Shown here in pieces: positions 13,111 through 27,209 of a stretch of DNA of 64,000 nucleotides. The DNA lies in contig NC_068992.1 of NCBI RefSeq assembly GCF_001194135.2, positions 9,629,199-9,693,198 on the forward strand, given 5' to 3'. The position numbers and the translations under genes are program-made. The notes below the pieces were generated by a model that saw only the letters and a list, made by a program, of their open reading frames with translations, ran no database searches and was not told where the DNA came from. The DNA comes from Octopus bimaculoides. Its lineage: Eukaryota. The first letter of the stretch is position 1; every line of letters starts with the position of its first letter.

Positions 13111-13840
13111 CTTGCTTAATCCAAGGCCCTCGGATCGAGAAGGCCTGTGATCAAAGGAATTTCAAACGTGACCCTCCCCTCTTTTCGTATTTCACGCATA
13201 CAGTAACTAAGACTATATTATTCAATGTGTTGTCCTCTTTTTTAAGACAATAGAGTGTATTTTGAGGAAGATTTAGCTCTTATTTCTTGTATATCGTGTT
13301 ACCATATTGAGATTTGTTATATTAGTAATATTCTCTAGTAATGAAAGAAAGAATCGATAGAAGAAAAAACAAGGAAATTTACACTCTGCAACAGAAAACT
13401 AAGCGTCTACCAAGAGATATTTAAAGTGTCAAATTTAATTTGTTTGATGATGTGAATTCCTATTATCTCATCCCAATTATTAGTTATTTTTTCTACATTG
13501 TTCTTAATTCTCGTTATCTTGGCAACTCATTTTTCAGACTTACAACTAACTTTTCATCAACAATATATTTAAATCTTCCAGTTGTTAGAATTTAAAACCA
13601 ACCTAAAGCGGTAAACTATTTTCCCACATTTTTTTCTTTTTCAGGTTACAAAGAATCTAGGTATATAAGCCCTTTATTTTCTTGATAAGCCAGACAATAA
13701 ATCAAAGCTTGAAATTATATATATATATATATATAACAAATGAAAGACAGAACATGGAATATACGAGAATATATCATTAAACACAATTGTTTCGATACAT
13801 CTAGCATCGACTCATCTTGTGGGACACACACACACAAAAA

Positions 13841-14024
13841 GGTGCAGGAGTGGCTGTGTGGTAAGTAACTTGCTTACCAGCCACATGGTTCCGGGTTCAG
13901 TTCCATTGCGTGGGACCTTGGGCAGATGTTTTCTACTATACCCTCGGACTGACCAAAGCCTTCTGAGTGGATATGGTAGACGGAAACTGAAAGGAACCCG
14001 TCGTATATATGTATATATGTATAT
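13841..14024 (+). mobile_element. SINE family B, 5' half (ends in its internal microsatellite and a gap)
   Basis: GGAGTGGCTGTGTGGTAAG (A box), GGTTCAGTTCC (B box), ACCTTGGGCAG, GGTAGACGGAAACTGAAAG. Confidence 0.8.
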
Positions 14025-15856
14025 NNNNNNNNNNNNNNNNNNNNNNNNNNNNNNNNNNNNNNNNNNNNNNNNNNNNNNNNNNNNNNNNNNNNNNNNNNNN
14101 NNNNNNNNNNNNNNNNNNNNNNNNNNNNNNNNNNNNNNNNNNNNNNNNNNNNNNNNNNNNNNNNNNNNNNNNNNNNNNNNNNNNNNNNNNNNNNNNNNNN
14201 NNNNNNNNNNNNNNNNNNNNNNNNNNNNNGAGATATGGTTGCTATTTCTAGTAGCTTGGGAACCGCGAAAAGGGTTTCGCTGTTTCACTTTTGCTCAGTA
14301 ATTTTAGGAAGTGTTATGAGCCAAAAGATTGGCCATGTTTTGAGGAGAAAAAAAAAACAATCATCTTGCATTGAAGCACGTGGCCTAGTAGTTAGGATGT
14401 TGCTCGGAAGATCGTAGTTTCAATTCCCGAACCGGGCAGTTCTTGTGCAAAAACATTCCATTTCATGCTGCTCCGATCTGCTTAGATATAAATGATCAGT
14501 CCTGTAAGAGAGAAAGGGAATGTTGCGATCTCGATTCCAGAAACCGAGTAATCAGCTTTACGAGTCCCAAGGCTGGAGACAGTTCTTACTTAGTTTATGG
14601 TATTCTTGTCATGGATATGAAGAAATGGTGAAAGTAGTTTGTCTGTTTTTTCAGTATTCATCTTTTACTTTGTGAACAGCTCCTGATGGGAACAGAAGTG
14701 AAGGAAGACAAAAAGGATTAGAGTATTTAGTATATTCAGTAGCCCTTTGATAGTTCTTGGTATCTTCTTCTATGGTGTTCTTGAACATTTCTAGGTTTTT
14801 CTTTTTTATAGCGTCCACAGATTAATTGTAGAGGGACCTCAATGTGAACGTTGTTTCTTGATCCCTTCAGCGTAGAGGCAGAGTGAGAAATAAAGTGTTA
14901 GAAAGACACACACGCGCGCGCGCACACTCAATATTTGACCGTAAGGCCGCGGTGGTAAAAGGAGAGCCGACCTCCGTAAAATTTGAACTCTGCTAATTCG
15001 GCGGCGAGGAATGTTTGGAAATTGAAATTAGGCATGAGCGATCCTCTAAACTCGGTCTACAGAGCTAGCAACAAGGTTTGAGCATAAATATAGCAAAACG
15101 CTGGCAATAGAATACCCTTCGTCGATCCTTCGAGTGTTTTTGTGGTATATCGATTTCAATGGCTGCTGTTCTCTAATAACTGCTGCTGGAATAATACTTT
15201 ACTGAGGAGAATTTTCTGAATAAGTATCTTTCCAGAAACTGTAACTGGAATAAAATTCCCGCAAGAGAGAACACTTTGAATGTTAGTAATTGCCATCAAC
15301 TGTAGCCTGTATAAAACATTATCAGAGAGAATGCAGATATATTTGTGTTCTTTAACAACAGTTGCTAGGATAAAGTCCTTTAAAAGAGAGCAATTGTATA
15401 TCAATTCTTCTTTCAGTGATAACGTAGATGAAACGATTAAAACGAGAGAAATGGATTCAGACGAAACTCTGTTGCTGACCTTCAATTCTAACCTTTCCAA
15501 AAACAGTATCTCAAAATTATGACTCTATAAAGGTCAGAAGTAAGATGTAGTGTGGTGGTACACTTTGATGCAGACGATAATACTTCAGTGTATGCAATTC
15601 GTTGTGTCATTATTCGAAGTTCAATTCTATAACGGAGTTTATTTTATCCCTCATTTTCGTGTACCGATCAATAATAATGTATACTGAGATGGCCATTTGA
15701 CAATATCTCCTACCCTTTCTTTATAAAACTAGAACATTGTACCAAGAAAATGAAATTATGGGTCGAAAAATGTTAAATAATGTTTAGTTGTTTCTTGTAG
15801 TTTTCAGTTAATTAAACGATATAGCGTTCAACTGTTGGTTGTTGAGTTTATCGTTG

Positions 15857-15972
15857 GTACCTAGTCCACAGCGATGTGTTATACCGTACCTAGTCACCAG
15901 AGATTTGTAATACCGTATCTGGTCAACGGCGATATGTTATACTGTGTCTAGTCCCCAGTGACATGAATTACT
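15857..15972. repeat. Degenerate minisatellite, 4 x 29 bp
   Basis: Units GTACCTAGTCCACAGCGATGTGTTATACC / GTACCTAGTCACCAGAGATTTGTAATACC / GTATCTGGTCAACGGCGATATGTTATACT / GTGTCTAGTCCCCAGTGACATGAATTACT. Confidence 0.85.
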
Positions 15973-17431
15973 GTTTCGATGTGTCAGTACACATTTATTA
16001 TAAATAGTTAGTATGGGTTAAAGTATATCAGACAACACAGTAGATATTTCGTCAGTCTATAGTACACCTATCCTCGTTTATCCCAGAATCAGTGATAGAT
16101 ACTTCTTCCGATCCATAGATCGCGACGCTTTAAGAAACATAAGGCTTATTGTTGGTTACCCGGTTTTCATGGCGTATACGAAACCTGGGTCACAAAATAT
16201 CCCCTGAATGGAGCGCCAGTCCGTTGCAGGGTTGCTTATTTATGGCTAAACTGCTCACAGAATAGGAGAAAATTAAAATTGAAGATCGTCGCCCTAAGTC
16301 AGGAGAGAAGATCGCTTAGTTAAAACGGGAATAAATTAATTTATTGATTAAGTGCATAAATCTTATATACGTAATGAGAAAAGAAATACAGAGGAATGAG
16401 TTTCACGCGTATCTACCACCAGCACTTCAAAAACAAATACAAAAAAATTAAAACGTAAATTTGAAATTTTTTTTTTAATATATTAACAGAAAAGTCGATG
16501 AGTATGGTGGATCCATTCGAATGCCTGGTCAAATATGTTACGATAATTTTGTCAGAATCGACTTGGGTTATTTTTATCTCTCGGTAGTCTCCAGTAAATA
16601 ATGCTAAAAAATACTTGACTTCATTTTGCCAATTATATCCTTTCTTTTACAAAAACTAGTATTGCCTTTATGAAAAGAAATTATATTAATAGAAAGAAAA
16701 TGAAGACAAGATTTCCTCCAATAAAATAATTCATCACAATGGTCTGAAGCCGTAGACTTGCAAGCTAATGGGCTCAATTTTGTCCGGAAGTTGAACGTCG
16801 TTGATTCAAGTAGCTTCAATATCGAATCACATAATTCTTTTTTTCTGAAAGTAGTTTACAGTTGATAAGGAAATCTAGACAAAATCCACGGTCGTTAAAC
16901 TTCTCTTACTGCTTTCGTATATTTTGTTTTTGTGTGTGTAATTAGGTCTGTTCGGTCAGTAAAGCGTTTACTTTACAATAGACAAAACCCTTTGCATCCG
17001 TTGTAAAGTAAGAGCTAACTTGCTTAACGTAGCAAGCCCGATAGTTTTAATTAATCAAAACAACATTTGTATGGAAGAGAAGTACACAATGAGCGATTGC
17101 TACAAATTAGCCGTAGACAAGGGCGACCACTCGAAATCAACATACACATATATCAATGACGGCATCGTAGCCAATAAAAGTTATTTGAAACATGTTTATT
17201 GTTTACTGTGTGTGTTTTTAGATATGTGAATATGCAGGTGTACACAGGCATACATATAAATGGATGTGTGTATGGTTACCCCAGTATGGCCACAGTCTAA
17301 TGAATGAAACATAAAAATGAAAGATAGATATACAGAGAGACATAGATAGATGGGATGATGGCTAGACTGACAGACTGACAGATATATCAGACAGCCAGAA
17401 AGACAGACATATAGATAGGTCCGCAAGTAAG

Positions 17432-17492
<61 letters not shown>

Positions 17493-18299
17493 TGATTGAT
17501 TGATTGATAGATAGATGTTTCCCAAATACAAATATCATATATTTTCACACGACGCCTTACCGAGTTAATAAATTAATTTATTCTAATTATATCGACTAGA
17601 GAGCTATATATATATATATATATATATNNNNNNNNNNNNNNNNNNNNNNNNNNNNNNNNNNNNNNNNNNNNNNNNNNNNNNNNNNNNNNNNNNNNNNNNN
17701 NNNNNNNNNNNNNNNNNNNNNNNNNNNNNNNNNNNNNNNNNNNNNNNNNNNNNNNNNNNNNNNNNNNNNNNNNNNNNNNNNNNNNNNNNNNNNNNNNNNN
17801 NNNNNNNNNNNNNNNNNNNNNNNNNNNNNNNNNNNNNNNNNNNNNNNNNNNNNNNNNNNNNNNNNNNNNNNNNNNNNNNNNNNNNNNNNNNNNNNNNNNN
17901 NNNNNNNNNNNNNNNNNNNNNNNNNNNNNNNNNNNNNNNNNNNNNNNNNNNNNNNNNNNNNNNNNNNNNNNNNNNNNNNNNNNNNNNNNNNNNNNNNNNN
18001 NNNNNNNNNNNNNNNNNNNNNNNNNNNNNNNNNNNNNNNNNNNNNNNNNNNNNNNNNNNNNNNNGGCACCATATAGTTACATTATTGTCGTTACCATTTC
18101 AAAGAGGTGATTTATTGTTATTAAATCAATAAATACCAAACTAAATGTACCAAACTAGCATATATATATATATATATATGGCAAAAATATATATCAATAT
18201 TTTAGTATAAACCTATTAATGTATTTATACTCGCTCTATAGAGTAAACAATTTAATCGTCACATACAGGCTATTTAACCGATAGTTCCTACTATGTGTA

Positions 18300-18337
18300 A
18301 ATAATGATAATAATATTAATAATAATAATAATAATAA

Positions 18338-18368
<31 letters not shown>

Positions 18369-18440
18369 AAGAAGAAGAAGAAGAAGAAGAAGAAGAAGAA
18401 GAAGAAGAAGAAGAAGAAGAACAACAACAACAACAACAGC
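18300..18440. repeat. Compound (TAA)n-(GAA)n-(CAA)n microsatellite
   Basis: Directly visible. Confidence 0.95.
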
Positions 18441-18792
18441 ATGAAATAGCATTGCAATAAGAACAATAAATATATATTTAGGTTATATTATAAATACATT
18501 ATTACAATAGTATAGTTTGTTCAAAATAAATGCTACTAAAAGACGTGAATGGAAGTATGATAATAATAATAATGGTACAGACTTTCTATAGTATTTTATA
18601 TCATTTGATGTTCAAAGCTTAGAAGTCATTGAGAAAATATTTGACTTTTTCTCTCAAATTTATCAGAAAATATATACTTAAATGTTTAAATATAACAGTC
18701 GTGTTGTTTACTTTGGCAATTGTAGCTATCGTACAAGAACACCGAAATACTCACAGATATACACATACATACACACACACATGTATATGTGC

Positions 18793-18857
<65 letters not shown>

Positions 18858-18990
18858 TGTGAGTGTGTGTGTGTGTGTATGTATGTATATATTGATAACG
18901 CCTAGTAGAAGGTTCTCCTTTTCCACTCACCAAAGTGAATGCAGCTTTGACCAGGAGGAACTGTCATCAAACGGTACGTACAGACACATA

Positions 18991-19032
<42 letters not shown>

Positions 19033-20461
19033 NNNNNNNNNNNNNNNNNNNNNNNNNNNNNNNNNNNNNNNNNNNNNNNNNNNNNNNNNNNNNNNNNNNN
19101 NNNNNNNNNNNNNNNNNNNNNNNNNNNNNNNNNNNNNNNNNNNNNNNNNNNNNNNNNNNNNNNNNNNNNNNNNNNNNNNNNNNNNNNNNNNNNNNNNNNN
19201 NNNNNNNNNNNNNNNNNNNNNNNNNNNNNNNNNNNNNNNNNNNNNNNNNNNNNNNNNNNNNNNNNNNNNNNNNNNNNNNNNNNNNNNNNNNNNNNNNNNN
19301 NNNNNNNNNNNNNNNNNNNNNNNNNNNNNNNNNNNNNNNNNNNNNNNNNNNNNNNNNNNNNNNNNNNNNNNNNNNNNNNNNNNNNNNNNNNNNNNNNNNN
19401 NNNNNNNNNNNNNNNNNNNNNNNNNNNNNNNNNNNNNNNNNNNNNNNNNNNNNNNNNNNNNNNNNNNNNNNNNNNNNNNNNNNNNNNNNNNNNNNNNNNN
19501 NNNNNNNNNNNNNNNNNNNATAAAGGCACGAGCTGCTTGTGTCTCCAGACAATCTTTGGGCTCTGTGTACATGGTCTGTTGTATTTGAAAATCAGACACT
19601 GGCACATGAGAAGCCAATAGAGAAAAAAAAAAAAGCAAGTCGATTGATGCAAAAGGTGGAATAGTGAATAAAAACGGAAAAAAGAAAAGAAAAGAAAGAA
19701 TATTAGAATTACATCCCCTTTGATCTTGGAAGCCATAAAGAAACCAATTGTTGTTGAATGGTTCGAAGGAGAGAGGTCCAATGTCTGCGTGATATATCGA
19801 AACAAGTATGCTTGCATTGATGAATCAAATAATCCTACCATATTTCATAAAGAACATTCTCGGTACCAACTACGAAATTTTACATGTTAAGTTTCCCATC
19901 AAAAGTTTAACAGAATCATGTAACGCGGTTACTCATAAAATTTTCTTTATCCGTGAATGATGTCACGATCCGGAGTTGCTATAAAATTAATACGTTGTTT
20001 GTTAAGTTAAAAGTTCTTACTAAACCTTTCCTACAATGCTTATATCTGCTTTTGAATGTTGTGATAGTGCTATTGTGTGAAAACTTGATCTTGGCGATAA
20101 TTTGAAGTAGCAGTTGTTTGTTTTCATTATTTCATAAATATGAACTCTCTACAATCAGTGTTAGTTTATTTGTTAGTGTATTTATTCTATAAATTGTGTC
20201 ATGTGTTAGTGTATTTATCCTATAAACTGTTAAATTGACGAACACATATCAATAGACTAATAAGTATAAAGTGGTGAATGTGGAAAAGTTGTTAGAAACT
20301 TTGGATAAAAGTTTCGTAGTGTTTGTTTCGAATCTCACCGAAATCAACTTTGGCTTTCAGAGTCGGTTAAGAAAACAGGTTCGAATCCCGACAAAAGAGT
20401 GGCATAAGTGTTAATATACTAAGCATATTTAAGGCTTACAAATCAATATTATACTTTATGT

Positions 20462-20566
20462 AAGGCGGCGAGCTGGCAGAGACGTTAGCACGCTGGGCGA
20501 AATGCTTAGCGCAATTTTGTCTTTACGTTCTGAGTTCAAATTCCGCCGAGGTCGACTTTGCCTTTA
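20462..20566 (+). mobile_element. SINE family A, 5' half
   Basis: AGGCGGCGAGCTGGCAGAGACGTTAG (A box) ... GAGTTCAAATTCC (B box) ... GTCGACTTTGCCTTT. Confidence 0.85.
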
Positions 20567-21927
20567 CTCGGTTCAATTTGATCAATTATTCACTTTGAAT
20601 CGATGCTCCAGCATGGTCGCAGTTCTATGAAAGAAACAAATAAAAATCAAAGTATAAAAGCAATTTGCATAAAGTTTATTGCGTTATTTACGTAATCACC
20701 AGTGGCGGAAAAGCGACCATATAATCATATATATGTATATATATGTACATATCAAGTATCACTACAAAAATATCGATACCCNNNNNNNNNNNNNNNNNNN
20801 NNNNNNNNNNNNNNNNNNNNNNNNNNNNNNNNNNNNNNNNNNNNNNNNNNNNNNNNNNNNNNNNNNNNNNNNNNNNNNNNNNNNNNNNNNNNNNNNNNNN
20901 NNNNNNNNNNNNNNNNNNNNNNNNNNNNNNNNNNNNNNNNNNNNNNNNNNNNNNNNNNNNNNNNNNNNNNNNNNNNNNNNNNNNNNNNNNNNNNNNNNNN
21001 NNNNNNNNNNNNNNNNNNNNNNNNNNNNNNNNNNNNNNNNNNNNNNNNNNNNNNNNNNNNNNNNNNNNNNNNNNNNNNNNNNNNNNNNNNNNNNNNNNNN
21101 NNNNNNNNNNNNNNNNNNNNNNNNNNNNNNNNNNNNNNNNNNNNNNNNNNNNNNNNNNNNNNNNNNNNNNNNNNNNNNNNNNNNNNNNNNNNNNNNNNNN
21201 NNNNNNNNNNNNNNNNNNNNNNNNNNNNNNNNNNNNNNNNNNNNNNNNNNNNNNNNNNNNNNNNNNNNNNNNNNNNNNNNNNNNNNNNNNNNNNNNNNNN
21301 NNNNNNNNNNNNNNNNNNNNNNNNNNNNNNNNNNNNNNNNNNNNNNNNNNNNNNNNNNNNNNNNNNNNNNNNNNNNNNNNNNNNNNNNNNNNNNNNNNNN
21401 NNNNNNNNNNNNNNNNNNNNNNNNNNNNNNNNNNNNNNNNNNNNNNNNNNNNNNNNNNNNNNNNNNNNNNNNNNNNNNNNNNNNNNNNNNNNNNNNNNNN
21501 NNNNNNNNNNNNNNNNNNNNNNNNNNNNNNNNNNNNNNNNNNNNNNNNNNNNNNNNNNNNNNNNNNNNNNNNNNNNNNNNNNNNNNNNNNNNNNNNNNNN
21601 NNNNNNNNNNNNNNNNNNNNNNNNNNNNNNNNNNNNNNNNNNNNNNNNNNNNNNNNNNNNNNNNNNNNNNNNNNNNNNNNNNNNNNNNNNNNNNNNNNNN
21701 NNNNNNNNNNNNNNNNNNNNNNNNNNNNNNNNNNNNNNNNNNNNNNNNNNNNNNNNNNNNTGTGTGTGTGTGTGTGTGTAATATTTTGGTTAGCTGGGGC
21801 TGACCAAAATATTGTAGTGGTGTGTAAAAGAGGTGCTTTCCAACCCGTATTGCCAAAAGCGAGAAAAGTTCTCCACGGCAAATCAGTTGTGAATACAGCC
21901 TTTCAGCCTTTGCATATGTCAAATTGT

Positions 21928-22250
21928 GAAGGTGTGTGGCTCAGTAGTTCGGGTAATCGGCTCACGATCGAAGAGTCGTGAGTTCGATTCCCGGCGGCGC
22001 ATGGTATCCTTGAGCAAGACACTTTATTTCACGTTGCTCCAGTTCACTCAGTTGGCAAAAAAGTGAGTTGTACTTGAAATTCAAAGGACCAGTCTTGTTA
22101 CATTCTGTGTCACGCTGAATCTCCTTCAGAACTACATTAAGGGTAGGCGTGTCTGTGGAGTGCTCAGCCACTTGCACGTTAATTTCATCAGCAGGCCGTT
22201 CCGTTGATCAATTCAACTGGTGCACTCATCGTCATAACCTACGGATTACC
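21928..22250 (+). mobile_element. tRNA-derived SINE family C
   Basis: TGGCTCAGTAG (A box), GAGTTCGATTCCC (B box), CCTTGAGCAAGACACTT. Related copies at 34255-34460 (-, internally deleted) and a decayed head at 14370-14480. Confidence 0.75.
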
Positions 22251-22683
22251 AGTTAGTTACAGGTCAAACGTATTTGAACTGATCAAAATGTTTGTTCTTA
22301 ACTTCTTGAAATTATCTCCCTTTTTTCTTTCAGAGTCACTAAATATTGCCGCTCGGCTTTTGTTTTCTTTCTCAAACTAAGAAGGAAACTTCAATTAAGA
22401 TTTTTCTTTTTTCTTCTTTCTTCCCCTGCTCCATTCAAAACATTTCTCTTTAATTTATTCATTTTTGTGTTATTATTTGGTTGTTAGTTGAGATTTAATT
22501 GTAATTAACGTCATTGTTTCTCCTTTGGCAATATTGATTCTTTATATAAATATATTATAGTAATTACATTTATTTAGGTATACATATATATGTGAATGTA
22601 TGTGTGTGTGTGCGTGTGGTGTGTGTGTGTGTGTGCGTGTGGTGTGTGTGTGTGCGTGTGGTGTGTGTGTGTGTGTGCGTGTG

Positions 22684-22720
<37 letters not shown>

Positions 22721-23659
22721 TGACTATATTGAAACAGCGTCATAAATATTTATTTAGCTACAAATCACGAACTAATTATTAACTGATGAACAAAGCTTTA
22801 TTTGTTAAATTTTCAGACAACAGACAGTCTTTCGTATTATAATTTCTTGGTAAATAAACTGGATTTATAAATCTAATGTTTGTAATCACTCTGTGAAAAA
22901 TTAATCATATCTAATCAGTGTGTGATAATCAAATATTTTCAAAACGAATACGTAACCTGATACTCGTGTGTATTTCCAAATGACAAACTGTGTTCATTCA
23001 TTTGAAAACTAAACGCAATGTTTCTTTGTTGGTCAAAAATAATCTCTTTGCTTTTTCGTTTTTGTTTTATTTCCATAACAAACAAGGTGGACTTGTAGAA
23101 CTGGCACTCGGACGGACAAAATCTCTTGTGATGTACAAATACGACCCTTTACGTTCTCATTTTATATCCTGTCGGAATCAGTTATGCCATTTATTCTTCA
23201 GTTGTCGACAAAATATAGTACCAGTTAAGTACTTGCATCCATACAATTGATACATGGCCATACAAAAGTACTAGGGAAAGACTGAACTCGATATAGGCTA
23301 CAGAAAGAAAATACTAGTAAAATGCTGATGTCCATATAATCAATATAGGCAATTAAATAAAGTATTAAATAAATAGCTGGACTTGATGTAATCCATAGCA
23401 GCAATACTGGACCCGATATAATCAATATAGTCGATAAATTAAAGTACTTCTGAAGTACTGACGTCCATTTAATCGATAAAGGTACTGAAATTAAATGCCA
23501 GTGAACTCCAAAACTCGATAGAATCAATATAGTTTATATAATAAAGTACTATTTCAGTATTAGTGTTTGATATCATTAGTTCCTGATTTCTAGTTAAATC
23601 AGTATTTATGGCGCTATTTTGATAGTCAAACACGTACACACACATTCATATATACATAC

Positions 23660-23744
<85 letters not shown>

Positions 23745-24882
23745 CATATATGTATATGACTAAATGTAATAACCTTAACATGTTTATATATATAAGGAAT
23801 CAATATTGCCGAAAGACAGACAATGATGTTAATTAAAATCAAATTAACACCATTGATATGCCTACCCCAAATTAGAAATCAATATTACAAATCTATATTT
23901 ACGTATCGATATTAGTAGAAAGATATGCTACGAATTTTAGAGTATACGACAACCTCGTAGCAGGTCAAAATTATGATCGAATTTCGATTTTTGTTTGGTA
24001 CAAGTTCACTTTATTTACACCGGTAAATCTCTTGGAAAAGGTATGTCTATCGTAACTTCTCAAACCTCGTGTCCCTTAAAGTAACTTTATAATCCAGTCA
24101 AAAGGATTAGGCGATGTTTGTGGAGACTAATAATATATCTTGCGTCCTCTTTGTTATTAGGCGACCAGATCCAAGGTAGAGATGCCTTATGGCTTTTTTC
24201 ACGACCTTTTTAAATCCAACACTGTAGAACAAGTATGAGCTACCATTTTCGAGAGGCGGGCTGTATGAGACGTGAATCATCGTCAGGCAGACCGCACTAC
24301 TAAAAGAAATTCAATGAAATTTTCGTTAGGCCTGCCATTCAAAAAATCCTGCGAGCCGTAGTTTATCAAATGGAAAATGTAGAAAATGTTAAATTATCTG
24401 TTATATATGCAGAATCTCTGCTTCCTTGAAGTTTCGATTACGGAATCTAATGCAAAGTTCGCTCCGGTAATGCCGCAAATGATGTTTAGAAAGTGTATAA
24501 ATGTCACAGAATAGTTTTCCTCCGTCCCATATAGTTACAGTGATGTCTAAATAGCAACTATATTGTGTAAGAGACATTCTTCTAGCTATTGAATAACACA
24601 CAAAACTGTTAAACTGATTTCAAGTTAACATTTATTTCATGGGAAATCAAACTATACGGAATTGTGTCAAGGACAAGGTCGCACAAAGACGACAAAACTT
24701 GATATCTCGTGAAACAAAAATAAAAAAAACTTGGCATCTTTGAGTTTTTATTGAATGGCTGGAATGACTTCTTCGCGATGAATTTGCTTGAGTTTCATCA
24801 CACGATCTCAGATAATGCCACTTGCTAGTCGGGTACAATCTTACTATTTACAATGTGTTGTTTTTAAAATCACGACACTCAT

Positions 24883-25053
24883 AGGCGAAGACATGGTGGT
24901 CGTGTGATAGGACCTTTGCTTCCCAGTTACGTGGCTCCAAATCCAGTCTCACTACGTGGCACCTTGGGCAAGTTTCTTCTACAATAGCCGCGATCCAACA
25001 AATACCTTGTGAGTGAATTTGGTAGACGGAAACTGGAAGAGACCCATCGTGTC

Positions 25054-25123
<70 letters not shown>
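24883..25123 (+). mobile_element. SINE family B ending in (TG)n
   Basis: GGCACCTTGGGCAAG, CCTTGTGAGTGAATTTGGTAGACGGAAACTG, then a long (TG)n. Confidence 0.75.
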
Positions 25124-25127
<4 letters not shown>

Positions 25128-25214
25128 CAGCTCACCAAAACAAACTAATAAAGTAATATGAAGGTAGGGCTTCGTTGTTTCCGGTGTTCCAGCATCAGAA
25201 GGATTAAAAATATT

Positions 25215-25416
25215 GGTATCAAGGCCAGCAATTTCGAGGTAGGAGGCTAGTCGACTACATCAACCCCAGTTTCCAACTGGTACTTATTTTATCGACTCCG
25301 AAAGGATGACAGACAAAGTCAACCTCGGCGGAATTTGAACTCAGAACTCGAAGACGGCCGAAATGCTACTAAGAATATTACCTGGCGTCCAAACAACTCT
25401 GCCAGCTCGTTGCCAT
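25215..25416 (-). mobile_element. SINE family A, full length
   Basis: Collinear reverse-complement match to the family A consensus (head, B box, CCTTTCGGAGTCGATAAAATAAGTACCAG core, tail). Confidence 0.85.
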
Positions 25417-25906
25417 AGAACGATTAAATGTATTAATAAGCCAAGTCGCATAAGCAAGGGAGACAAATCTACATAGTCCTGGTTTCTTTACAAAGGAGTT
25501 AATTTACTGCACGGTCAGGAAGCAATAAGGAACAATATGCGTCCACCAACGACGGCACAAAGTGTTAGAGGAGTCACTCTTGCTTGGTAAAAGAATAATT
25601 CATAAATAACTTCTGTTTCTTAGTCGTTGTCTTTAAACACATTGCATATTCCTGAATTTCGAAACATAAACAACCGTATATTTTGTTGTGTAGGTGTGCG
25701 TATGTGTGTGTGTGCGTGTGTATGTGTTCGTGGGCGTGCGTGTGTGTGTGTGTGCACGTGTTCGTGCGTGCATGTGTGTGTGTGTGTGTATTCTGTGTTT
25801 GTGTGTATGCGTGTATGTGTGTGAGTGTATACATATGTGTGTGTGTGTGCGTGTCCACAGTATATGCCTTCATAAATTAGATGAAAAGAAACAAGTTTAT
25901 ATATAC

Positions 25907-25950
<44 letters not shown>

Positions 25951-26194
25951 GCATGTATGTTTACATGTACATCGATGTGTGTGTGTGTGTATGTGAAAAG
26001 GCATAAGAAAAATTTCAGTAGACACAAGCGGTGGATGCAGAGTTTCTAATGTTTCGGGTAATCCTTCTTCAAAGTTGAGTGGGAAGGAAATTCGAGAAGG
26101 CAGGCGAACTTTACCTTTCCTTCTATCTAAGTGACCGGCAGCAATTCATTGGGAATGCAAAACAACGTTGAGAGTAGATGAATGAAGAGGGAGA

Positions 26195-26260
<66 letters not shown>

Positions 26261-26708
26261 CTAAGAAGAAGAAAAAGGAAAGGAAAAGACGAGAGACAAG
26301 GTGGAAGAGAAAAGTGAAGAGAGCTGGTCGTGGGGGGAGAGAGAGAGATGGAGCAGAAGATAGAGGGAGGGGAAGGGTAAAGGGTAAAGCACAAATTATT
26401 CTCTTCTTTCTCTTAATTTTCCCAATAAATACAAATCTTTACCGGCGCAGACCGCTTTACTTGGATTCCGTTTTATCTCCTGTATTTGGTCTCAGGTTAT
26501 CTCGCTCCTCTTTGGATTTCTGGTTACTTTGATCGTCGATTGAAGAATTGCTCTCTCTCTCTCGCTCTCTGTCTGTCTCTGTCTGTCTCTCTCTCTTTCT
26601 CTAAATATATATGGACTGATCAATAAGTATCCGGACTGTTGCCATAATAACGAAGTTAAAGCACGCAGAGTAAAGTCGCTTGGCACACAAGCGTTTATAT
26701 ACATGTAT

Positions 26709-26749
<41 letters not shown>

Positions 26750-27160
26750 AGTGTTGTTGTTTATTATTTTATTGCTCTGTTTCGTTCCCTTTTTATTTTA
26801 CTTAAACTCCTATATATTTCACTGATGCAGTTGTCCCAAAATGTTTCCCGCCTTATGTCACCTCTTCTTCTACGTTTAACAACAAATCTTCAATGAATTA
26901 TAATAAACTGACAACTTGTGACGTGTAACCGTGTGTATGAGTGCATGCAGTTAGTAATAAACACGGAACATTTGGCGCCTGTTACTTTCTGTATTAGAAA
27001 CGTGTCAAGTGAAGGTTTCAAAATATTAATACTACTATTTCTCTTTATCACAGATTTTATTGGAGCTCCTGAAGTCTTACATGCGTAGCGGGCTTGCTAC
27101 CTGCAGCCTACAGCACCATGCTATCCATTCTTTTCAGCTATCTAATGCTTTCCTGTATTA

Positions 27161-27209
<49 letters not shown>

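Noticed and set aside
15156-15522. Overlapping 114-aa and 80-aa ORFs in unique sequence; similarly 58754-59101
   Set aside because: No recognisable motifs; lengths are within chance for a 64-kb window when alternative starts are allowed.
15857-15972. CRISPR-like periodicity in the 29-bp repeat
   Set aside because: Units are contiguous with no unique spacers; eukaryotic minisatellite.
21935-22005. tRNA gene-like A/B boxes at SINE heads
   Set aside because: No complete cloverleaf; these are SINE promoters.
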